Of a stretch of 64,000 bases of DNA, positions 1 to 10,800 are shown piece after piece. The first letter of the stretch is position 1; the number at the start of each line of letters is the position of its first letter. Under the pieces are notes generated by a model. That model did no database searches. It was not told the DNA's origin and worked only from the letters and a program-made list of their open reading frames with translations. Made by a program: the position numbers and the translations under genes. The DNA comes from Macrostomum lignano (Eukaryota), in NCBI GenBank assembly GCA_002269645.1, contig NIVC01003047.1, forward strand, positions 1 through 64,000. Reading direction: 5' to 3'.

Positions 1-8
1 TAGCGCTG

Positions 9-3000
9 GTGTTTTGGCAACTACAAAAGGCAAACCTAAAAATTAAGCCAGCTAAATGCGAGCTTTTCAGGGAAAAACTAAAGTTTTTAGGATTTGTAGT
101 ATCGGCGGATGGAATCGAGACGGACCCCAGCAAAACAGAGGCCGTCCAGAGTTGGTGTAGGCCAAAGACAGGGAAACAACTCTTGTCATTCTTAAATTTT
201 TCCAACTATTACCGTAAATTTGTGCCAAAATCTCGATCATAGCAGCTCCACTGTACGCTATCGCTAACTCCGATAGGTTCACTGGGAAGAAAAGCACGAA
301 AAAGCTTTCAAACAGTTAAAGGACAGTCTCTGCAATCCTCCAACTCTGGCGTACCCGGATATGCGTCCAGAAGCCGGCCCTTCGTGCTAGACTGTGACAG
401 CTCTGGCCTGGGGGTGGGAGTCCTGTCCCAAGTTGGCAAAGCTGGTAAAGAGCATGTGATAGCATTCGCTTCGAAGAAGTTCAACAATGCACAAAGAAAT
501 TATTGTGCAACAATGCGCGAGCTGCTCGGTTTGATTATCATGCTAGAGCAGTTCCGCACTTACCTCTTAGACAGGCCTTTCGTCGTCCGAACTGACGCCG
601 TGGCGCTTAAATGGCTTCATTCCAAAAAACACGCTACGGGAATGCTAGCCCAGTGGCTTGTGATCCTAAGCCTTACAACTTTAGCGTTGAGCAGACGCCG
701 CTGGAACGCTTGGCAGACTTTGACTTCTCCGTGGAACATAGGCCTGGGAGAGCCACATTAATGCCGACATTCTCAGTCGCAATCCAAATTCCGTCCGGAC
801 CATTTCGACTGCCCATCTTGCTCTCGTATTCCAGAGTTTCAGGCCAGGTTCGGATGCCAAAGTAGCGCCGTTAGAGCCGTTAAAATAGGCTGTGCTAAAT
901 TAGAAAAGCACGAGGCTTCGACTCAAACCGAAGGTACACACTTTTTAGATCAACCAACCATGTGTGAACCCACTAGGAATGATGACCACGGCAATGAGAG
1001 CCGGCTTGATAGTTGTCACTCAGTTAGCCAAGCGATCCAGACTGATCCATCAGGCACAAACCATAAAGAAACCTCTGAAGATAGCCAAATTCAAGTGACA
1101 AAACCTAAGGTTCAGGTGGCTAAAATTGCAACTAATTCTAACAATGACCAAAGTGCGAAGAGTGACAGAACGAGCGGTAGTCATTCCTTCCACATTGGAA
1201 CCAGCCTAGCGAATCAAGCCGCTGATGATGCAAGCGAATTAAGCCTACCACAGAGTGAGGCTGATGAGAGAGTAGATGTGGATTGGTGACGCTGGCACAA
1301 GAGTCAAACGTAGATCTGCTGAGAATCAAGCAATCCGTAGCTGGCTCCGAACCGAAACTTAGCAAACAGGATATTCAAGATTGCAGTCGAGAAATTAAAA
1401 CTCTCTGGGCTCTGTATAACGAACTGTCAGTTGAAAATGGCTTGCTCTACCGCACAAAGCCAGCGAGGAAGGGCAAACCGAGTGTTAAGCAGTTGATAAT
1501 TCCCTCGTCTGCAAATTTAGATGAACTAGTAATCAAGTACCATAGAGCGTGCAACCATTCAGGAGCCAATAAAACCACGGCGGCATTGAAGGCACGTTTC
1601 TTGATCTTTGATCTGGAAACTTACGTAAGAGGTATCGTTGCCGAATGCGAAACTTGCGCCAGAGTTAAGAAAGGTACAAAGAAGATTAGAGCCCCCCTGC
1701 AGCCTACCTTGGCAGGGTATCCCAATCAGGTGGTACACGTTGACCATTGTGGACCTTTTCCTGAATCTAATGGTATGCGGTATCTTCTGGTGCTGATTGA
1801 TCGTTTCACCAGCTTCGTCGAGATTGTCCCGGTGCCTGATGTCTCAGCAGGAACTACGGCGCTTGCCATCCTCACTGAATGGGTGGTAAGGTATGGGACG
1901 ATGGAACAGATTGTCTCAGATAACGGCACTGCATTCATTAACGCTACGGTTGCCGAGTTGACTCGAATACTCGAAATCGACATGGTTAGAATCACAGCGA
2001 GAAGACCACAGGCCAATGGCAAGGCCGAACGAGCTATCCAAACGATCAAAACCAAAGTTCGGGCAGTGTGTGCTGATCGTAGAATAGGGTGGCCTTTGGC
2101 TGCTAAGCTTGTGGGGTTGTCGATCCGGACGACCGAATCCGAGTCTACCGGCTTCACGCCAGCAAAGTTGTTCTTCGGGAGAGAACTCGACATCCCCTTG
2201 GACCTCCAGTACAACCCACCACCAAGAGAATACTATGATCCGGAATCTTACGCACACACCCTGCACAAAGCCCTGGTCGAAACATCGGCTACGGCTCGCG
2301 CTTTGCGGGGAAAGGCCCAGAGAAGACAAAAGCGCTACTATGACAGAGCCGTTTTTAAACCTAACTTTGAAGTAGGTGAGCTGGTCTGGGTTCGAAACCC
2401 GGATCACAGAGGCCTTGACCCAGCAGTTTGGTTGGGACCATACCGCGTAGTTCAGCAAATATCCGAGCGCAACTATCGCTCCTGCCCGAATTTATTAGAG
2501 AAAATCCATTCATTCGAACTCCTAACCCGAGCCACAACATTTATAATGTAGACAGAATCAAAAAATGCATACGCAAGCCGAACTATCAAGACACCATTGA
2601 CCGTTTCGGTCTAAAAATAACTGCACGGTTGCCGGAATCTCGTGTGGGAAATTGTGACGAGGACTCGCCAGCCTCGGATTCCAGCTCGGACTCCGACATG
2701 GAAGAGCGTGGATTACCTTACTTCCCAGTTGCAGGGCTGGGATCGAACCAGGTGCAGTCCAGTGAGAACCAGGTGCAGTCCAGTGAGAACCAGGTGCAGT
2801 CCAGTGAGAACCAGGTGCAGTCCGGCGAGAACCAGGTGCAGTCCAGTGAGAAACGGTTGCAGCCCGGTGAGACTTCGGTGTGTACAGGTGGAACCCAAGG
2901 ACAACCGGTTGAGGACCTTGGTCAGCCAGTTTTGGACCTGTTGCAACCCAGAACAGAGTCTGGAGATTTTGTGCAGGAGCCAGATTTTTTAAGTGAAAAA

Positions 3001-3330
3001 CACACTCAACACCGTGTGCCTGAAGTAGGTGGTAATAGTAGCACGAATCGACTCGAACAAGTCGAGGATGGCCAGGTTCCTTCAATCGGTGCGGAGGTAG
3101 AGATAGTGGGAGATAGAACGCGTGAGTTGCCTGGAACCGCCAGCCAAGGACAGAGGACGGAGCCAGCTGGCCAGCGTGAAACAGTGGAACCAGACCCATC
3201 GTTATCAGACAGAGTCAGTACTCGGGGCAGCATTTACACCACTCGAAGTGGCAGGGCGGTTCGGCCGCCAACCAGATTTTTGCAGGTGCTTGCCGGGTTT
3301 TGCCACCGCTCCAATTCCAACAGTCTTTGA
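9..3330 (+). mobile_element. pol: Ty3/Gypsy LTR retrotransposon pol (RT C-terminus, RNase H, integrase with GPY/F motif, low-complexity tail), broken by several 1-nt deletions; 5' part lies outside the window
   Basis: RT end (KPAKCELF...FLGFVVSADG...NYYRKFVP, 9-242). RNase H (LDCDSSG...VIAFASK...NYCATMRELLG...RTDAVAL, 384-748). Integrase: HHCC-like zinc finger (H...HSG...CETC), core VHVDHCG / IVSDNGTAF / NGKAERAI, WLGPYRV (1283-2480). Tail ends in TTRSGRAVRPPTRF. Confidence 0.95.
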
Positions 3331-3892
3331 TTTCCTTCTCTTTCCCTCCATTCGTTGTGTTGTCTCGCTTTGTTCTCTTCTTCCTTTTCTGTTCTTTGTT
3401 TTCCGTGCCAGTGCCAAGTTAGCCCTGAGTCTGCCGGTTGCGTTGCCGCCGGTGGGTTGTGTGTGTGTGGGGCGGCGTCCCGTCCGTGTGTTGGCTGGGT
3501 GAGCTCTGCTGCGCAGTTCGAATTGAAGTTCGTGCATTCCGATCCGTGGTGACGTTATTTTCGGTTCTGTGATTTGCTTTTGTCACTTAGCTCTCGGTTT
3601 CAGTTGTAATTATTAATTGTTATTTTACGTCCTTGCTTATAAAGTCTCAGTGATGCAATATTTTAATCCGTGCTAGCTACAGAATGTTACTTAAGGTCTT
3701 TTAAATCCCATGCAATATGCTCAATGACTTCTCAACATTCGTATACTTTCGGTGACGTCTACTTTGAATATTTCGTTCACTCCGTTCGTGTTCCCATTTT
3801 TGTGTCATTCAATTTCTGTTCGATGTGTTCGGTTAATAACGCTAATCATGTTAATAATGTTTCATGTAGTTTACTGCCAATAGGCTCGTTTT

Positions 3893-3906
3893 GGAAGGGA
3901 GGCGAG
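3893..3906 (+). promoter_or_regulatory. Polypurine tract of the Gypsy element
   Basis: GGAAGGGAGGCGAG immediately precedes the TG that starts the LTR. Confidence 0.8.
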
Positions 3907-4327
3907 TGTAACGGTTTGGAAATTCTGTAATTCAAATCTAGTTTATTAACATGGTGTATTTTAACTTTATTCAAATCCTTAGCTGTTTAGATTACGTGCG
4001 TAATTATTCTAGGGTTTTGATATTACGTATTTTGTTAATTTGGTTTCCGTTTCCAAGAAATGCGACTCATAATTTTAACATGTAAGTTCTAGTCTTTTTC
4101 TGTAAGCGTGTGGCAGCCTGGGACGTAGATCAACCTAGCATGTACGTGAGATACAATAATTATAATCAGAGCCGATCACCAGTGTACGCATTCATACTAA
4201 GACAGTAAGATTTCTTATGCTCCGAGTATAGTAAATCGTCCAGGACTGACAGACGTATCTGCTGAACCATATACGTTGCTAATACTCTCTCTTCGCTAGT
4301 AATATTAAATATACCGGACTCGTTACA
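3907..4327 (+). mobile_element. 3' LTR (~421 bp) of the Gypsy element
   Basis: Starts TGTAACGG right after the PPT and ends TCGTTACA (7/8 inverted match, TG...CA termini). The 5' LTR is not in the window to confirm it. Confidence 0.75.
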
Positions 4328-4654
4328 CTAGCCACTGAGCTACATAGGCGGCCGCCTATGGGCCTGCGATTGGCTAGTAATGTTCCTTGTGCAGATTACG
4401 GGGTTTGAAATACGCAACGGCTTGTTCTTTCACTGTTGCATTCTTTGTGTGCAAAATAGTCGAAAATTGCACATTCGTTTCGACTTTTCAGTCTTCTGAC
4501 CGTCTTCTGTGCAAGCAATCTATCGAATCTTAACAGACGGGATCCTGCTTGCTATTTGCTCGCTGTGTAAGCATCGAAACCAACTCCAGCCATGTGGCAT
4601 GTCTCTTTGAATAGCTGGACACTAGTGTTAAAGAGGCGGTTCAAGGCTCAATGA

Positions 4655-6010
4655 TCAAAGCGAGGGGTTCTATGAGAAGCGGGGCATTCCATGAGAATCG
4701 GGGGTTCCGTGAGAAGCGGGGGTTCCTTGAGAAGGGGGGTTCCATGAGAAGCGGTTGGTTCCATGAGAAGTGGTTGGTTCCATGAGAAGGGAAGGTTCCT
4801 TGAGAAGCGGGGTTTCCATGTGAAACGGGGGGTTCCATGAGAAGCGGGGTTCCATGAGAAGCGGTTGGTTCCATGAGAAGTGGTTGGTTCCATGAGAAGC
4901 GGTTGGTTCCATAAGAAGTGTTTGGTTCCATGAGAAGGGGAGGTTCCGTGAGAAGCGGGGGTTCCATGTGAAACGGGGGGTTCCATGAGAAGCGGTTGGT
5001 TCCATGAGAAGCGGTTGGTTCCATGAGAAGTGGTTGGTTCCATGAGAAGCGGTTGGTTCCATGAGAAGTGGTTGGTTCCATGAGAAGGGGAGGTTCCGTG
5101 AGAAGCGGGGGTTCCATGTGAAACGGGGGGTTCCATGAGAAGCGGTTGGTTCCATGAGAAGTGGTTGGTTCCATGAGAAGGGGAGGTTCCGTGAGAAGCG
5201 GGGGTTCCATGTGAAACGGGGGGTTCCATGAGAAGTGGTTGGTTCCATGAGAAGTGGTTGGTTCCATGAGAAGTGGTTGGTTCCATGAGAAGCGGTTGGT
5301 TCCATGAGAAGCGGTTGGTTCCATGAGAAGTGGTTGGTTCCATGAGAAGCGGTTGGTTCCATGAGAAGTGGTTGGTTCCATGAGAAGTGGTTGGTTCCAT
5401 GAGAAGTGGTTGGTTCCATGAGAAGGGAGGTTCCGTGAGAAGCGGGGATTCCATGTGAAACGGGGGTTCCATGAGAAGCGGTTGGTTCCATGAGAAGTGG
5501 TTGGTTCCATGAGAAGCGGTTGGTTCCATGAGAAGTGGTTGGTTCCATGAGAAGTGGTTGGTTCCATGAGAAGGGGAGGTTCCTTGAGAAGCGGGTTTCC
5601 ATGTGAAACGGTGGGGTTTCTTGAAAAGCGGTTGGTTTCATGAAAAGCGGGGGTTCCTTGAGACCGGGGTTCCATGAGAAGCGGTTGGTTCCATGAGAAG
5701 TGGTTGGTTCTATGAGAAGGGGAGGTTCCGTGAGAAGCGGGGTTTCCACGTGAAACGGGGGGTTCCATGAGAAGCGGGGGTTCCATGAGAAGCGGTTGGT
5801 TCCATGAGAAGTGGTTGGTTCTATGAGAAGGGGAGGTTCCGTGAGAAGCGGGGTTCCTTGAGAAGCGGGGTTTCCATGTGAAACGGTGGGGTTTCTTGAA
5901 AAGCGGTTGGTTCCATGAAAAGCGGGGGTTCCTTGAGAAACGAGGGTTCCATCCCATGAGAAGCCGGGGGGTTTCATGAGAAGTGGGGGTTCCTTGAGAA
6001 ACAGGGGTTC
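4655..6010. repeat. Minisatellite, 18-19 bp units (TTCCATGAGAAGYGGTTGG) with higher-order blocks
   Basis: Read directly; the long minus-strand ORFs 4641-6050 are artefacts of this array. Confidence 0.95.
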
Positions 6011-6834
6011 CTTGAAAAGCGATGGGCCTTTGAAGCGGTGGTTGGGTCATAATAGTGTCATGTATAAGAAATAATTGTATTCGAACTATTTAACTGATTT
6101 TATTTTGCTCAGGTCTGCTAATTCAATTGTCAATATTTTCACAACAGGCCCCTGCAATGCCTGCCTAAACATTAACCCTACTATGTACCTAGCCAAACCA
6201 ATATTGTACCACCACCTGCAGCTTTGGGGTATTGCTGCAAAAATTCTAGAATAGCACAGGAGTCGTGCAATTTAGGTACAAACACATCCTCCTTTGACGC
6301 TTGACTTTCTGTTCACGCAATGTTGCTAAACGCCATTTTTATTGTCAAGTGTTTTTGTTCAAAGTTGTTCAACGCAGTTACAAAGCATGCTCGAGATGAC
6401 ACAATATTCTAGGCGATCATTCATCCATAGCTAAGTTTGAGCTCCGGGGAAATTGAATTGCTCTATGCATGAGGCTTAGCAATCAAGCAAAATATTCAAA
6501 GTACAAAGTGAAAGCTGGCGTACAATATGGTTTTCATTGTTTAATAGGTCACGTTACTGGAAGCTGAGCCAATGTGTCAGACACTGCACTGAGGCGCAAC
6601 TACTAAATGGCAAAAATACAAATCGAGTGTACGAGCTACCAATTAAAACCAGATAAAAAATTGTGAAAGAAATACGAGCAGTAATTGTAATTAATTAAAT
6701 TTCGGTTATTCATTTTGCCTTTTGTCTGGGGTCTGGGGTTATCAGTTCTCTCGGTCGGCGCGTGGCGTTCGTTCGCGACCTGGCCTTGAGACGCGCCCTG
6801 TGACGCTAACTGGATATTTTGTTATTGTTGGCGT

Positions 6835-7290
6835 TCTCATCTGAGGAATGGGAGGATGGGACTGATGGTCTCTCACCTGAGGGCTGGGGATGATGGGACT
6901 GGTGTTCTCTCACCTGAGGACTGGCGAGGCTGGGACTGGTGTTCTCTCACCTGAGGACTGGCGAGGATGGGACTGATGGTCTCTCACCTGAGGACTGGCG
7001 AGGATGGGACTGATGGTCTCTCACCTGAGGACTGGCGAGGATGGGACTGATGGTCTCTCACCTGAGGACTGGCGAGGATGGACTGATGGTCCCTCACCTG
7101 AGGACTGGCGAGGATGGGACTGATGTCTCTCACCTGAAGACTGGGGAGGCTGGGACTGGTGTTCTCTCACCTGAGGACTGGTGGGACTGATAGTCTCTCA
7201 CCTGAGGACTGGAGATGGGACTGATGTCTCTCAGAGGACTGGGGAGGACTGATGGTCGAGGACTGGAGGATGAGACTGATGGTCTCTCAC
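6835..7290. repeat. Minisatellite, 37-bp unit (GCGAGGATGGGACTGATGGTCTCTCACCTGAGGACTG)
   Basis: Period 37 measured between 6961 and 6998; flanking copies are degenerate. Confidence 0.9.
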
Positions 7291-7830
7291 TTGGGCATTA
7301 TGAATCAAGATCCGAATATACTCTTGACAAAAAAGTTTGAAAGGCAAGACACACGACACCCGTGCACGCTCGTACGATACCTAAAATTGAAGCACAAGCA
7401 AGCTGAAAACAAACCCTTAGTTACTAACAAGCCCCGTGAATCGTGTACCCTTCTGATGCAAAGCCAGTTCTCAAAATGCACTCAGCGGAGGTTTGGGAGT
7501 GAAAATTGGGTCGTCAATTCACTGGATTACAGCTGAGTTTCCCGGTTGTACAGTACCGCACATGTCGGCCCACCGTCTTCGGCGACTCCGTCACCTGGGC
7601 GCTTTGCCCGACGTCGCCCTGGCGGTCGCTGTTGCATCACTTTCGAACCTGGCATCGGTACTGGCAGCAGCGGCGACGTAGGCCGCGGCGGAGGGGCGGC
7701 GACTCCGCTGCCTGGGCGGAGATCATTCCGGCGTCACTGTTGGTGCCATCGAACCGGTTGCCGTAGGCACATCCAGTGTGGCCCAAGCTGCCTGCTGGTA
7801 GCGGCTGAGGAGGCGCTGCAGTGGGCGACA

Positions 7831-10800
7831 TCAGCGGCATAGTTGACGCGTCGGGAAGCGGTGAGGCGGCAAGTGCGGTGACTGAAGCTCTGTCCAGGGG
7901 TTCCCTGCTGAGCTGTTCTCAAAGTCGCGCCTCTGCCGCCGCCACTGGTGCGACTCTTGCAGCCGGGGCTGCTGATAGACATTCGGGTTGCTGCTGTGGT
8001 CAAAGTGGTTACCGAGCTTTCGGCTGCTGGCCAACAGGGCGAGCCGAGCCGGGTCGTTGGTTGCCCGCTCGGGGCTGTCGTGCGGGTCGCAGTGGTTCCC
8101 AGGAGCTGCCTCGGATCTGCCTCGGAGCTGCGACCTCTTCTGAGGCTGCTCCATTTTTAGTTCGATGGTGACGCCCCCGGCTAGGCGGCTCATCTTCCTC
8201 AATGCCGAGCGCATGTAGTAGGAAACTACTATGAGTAATATCTCGGCGAATTCGCACAGGGTGACCATAGAAACACCGATCCATAGTCCTGTGGGTTGTG
8301 TTCAGACAGGCTATGCTAATACTCGTAGAAAATTGGCTTTCCTGCAAAGTTACACCAGACTCACCCATGATGCCACCGAGATCGGAAAACAAATTGACCA
8401 GCTCGTAGCTCTCTCTTCAAACAGCTGTCGCACCGTGAGCGTCTTTGGATAAACCCTGAGCTGCAGGAAGCTCTGACGAACAATGTCGTGCACGCGTTTG
8501 CACAGGCTGTCATTGTGGAACACGTTCAGCTTGGGATTCAGCTCGTCCTCCAGGCACTGGTGCAGATCGACGTTGTGAAGTGCGATTGAGTGATTGAGAG
8601 CGTGGTTTTGGCCCTGTTGTGAGTAAAAAAGGATCAAACAATGGACTGTCAAATGTATAGAAACTTTTATTTTTTCCAGAGATTTTAAATTCAATCGCGA
8701 ATACCTTAAGAAGCTTTTTTAACACGTCCAGCCTGCCCTGAATCATCCTGGCGATGCGGGCCAGCCGAATCCTGGCTCCGCGAATGTCGAAGCCGAGGTC
8801 CGGCCAGCGGCTCTGGAACACTGAGAAGTCGTACGTAGTGTAGTTGCAGATGTTCAGGCACACCGACTGCTGCCGGCCGGACTTCAGCTTGGGTAGGGCG
8901 CATTTCATCCGCCCGACTCGCTGACGAATGCTTGGAAATGTGTTCAGAAGTCTATCCGAGAGTTTCCTCAGCAGATCTCTGTTCTTCTCCGAGGCATTTG
9001 TGTACCTTTCTGATCGGATCACTCCTCTCTCCACCATTGCGTAGTTGTGCTCCTGCTGATCTTTCTCGAGGAACTGCATCACCTCGTCAAGCAGTTTGAG
9101 CATCTTCTTTGGCTCCTGAGCCCGAGGATGTCATTGCAGTAGTTTCTTTCCGGCTTGTCGCCCAGCTTGACCTTCAGCACGCCCTCTATGGTGCAGTGAC
9201 AGTCGGTTCGAACACCGCTCATATGCTCGAAGGTTGTGCAGTCGGCCAGCTGATTCTCGTACGCCTGTGTCTTGCTGCAGGAAGGCAAGTTGAATGGGAG
9301 GCTTTTGTGGCCTATAAAGTGCTAATTTGGGATAGCAAGCAAGTATACAGACAGATAGAGACCATGGCAGATGGGAGTCTGTACAGACAGTGACGTGAAA
9401 CAGACGGATTACATGGCTAGAGACTCTGCTCTGTATTCTTATTAAAAAGAAATCAATATCGTGCGACGAAGAGTACTTGAGCATATAAAACATTGGAGCC
9501 TGGCAGTTTGTCACACGTGAGTCATTTATTACGTAACACGGAACTCTCAAATCACCTGTCACCAAAGCGTCTGTACCTGCATTGCAATCCAATAGGCAAA
9601 TTTCATCTCACGAGCCTGGGGGAGGGCAAGATGGCGAAACGAAAAGCAAAAAGTTGGCAAAGCACTCCTCGCCGGTCCTCCCAGTCCCCATGAATAAGAA
9701 ATGCCACCCTGAGACCGAAAACCAGGGAATAAGGACGGAAGAAACAGGGACGACTCTGCAAAGTTCTCCCAGTCGATTTCTCCTGCTTTGATACGCGATT
9801 TTTACTAACACTGCAGAAGAAGAAAAGATGCAGACTTGAGTCTAAAGGCGGTCCCTCGGGACGGACTTGGCGAGTCAATTTGGCGCAAACAAGCTTAACC
9901 ATGACGAACCCGATGCAGCGGCCTGGTGAGCTGCACCTTCTTCTTTATGCCCAAAGCAAAAAACTACATGAGCACCCAATCTGGGCAGGGAAGAGCGATG
10001 AATTCAGGGCAGGGAAGGTGAGAAAATTGATTGAAATTTGCTGCGATGCCGCTGCAGTTGAAAGAGGATCGAGTAGGACTGGTTGTCCCACCGCCTGGGG
10101 TTAGTTCTTGTGATACAATCAGAATCGGGGCAAAGAAACTCGAAGATGATTACGTTTGCCTGGCGGTTGTCGCAGCTGTCTCAGCTGTTTTTCAGCTCCT
10201 CACCCCTTCTCTACTCTTCTGCGTATTTTTTGAGTTGTTTTCTTAACATCCGTTGCTCCTCTTTCGCCTCTCAAATACTTTAGCCCAAGAGGCGGGTTTT
10301 GCTTGATCAGCCGCTCCTACGACGTAATTAACTGAGATTGGACCCAGTGCCTGAATAGGAGGATCGATGTGGCGTTTCAGATGCAGAGAGACGACCGTTT
10401 AAATGTGTGGGAAGCCAATGCCTGTTGAAGTTCGGCCTGTAAAAATGCGACGGCTCCACATTGCTTTAAGGAGCCGTAAAGGGTGAGCTTTGGAGCCAGT
10501 AGTGACTATCCAGCCATACGCTCGTATTGATTTAAACTTTGATTGGGTTTTTGTTCTCGGTAATTTTGTCTAAAACAAAAAAAACACTACAAGGTTACGG
10601 AAAAATGTTGGAAATGTTTCATTAACATGAATTTTTATCATCGGATTACATCGCATGATATCTCAGCTGTTTCACTCACTTGAGCACGTGATCAAAGGCG
10701 TTGAACTTGTCTCGCGGTTCGCATCGCTTTGTCGGAGTGTTTGCCAGACTGGTCTGCACCTGGTTCAGCGCCAGAACGGTCTGCATCCCGCTGGGAGAAT

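Noticed and set aside
4641-7290. Regularly spaced repeats as CRISPR arrays
   Set aside because: Units are head-to-tail with no unique spacers, there are no cas genes, and the context is spliced eukaryotic genes. The same applies to all other arrays in the window.
9600-10260. Possible LINE ORF1 relic on the minus strand (RQANVIIFEF)
   Set aside because: Only one weak motif and heavily broken frames.
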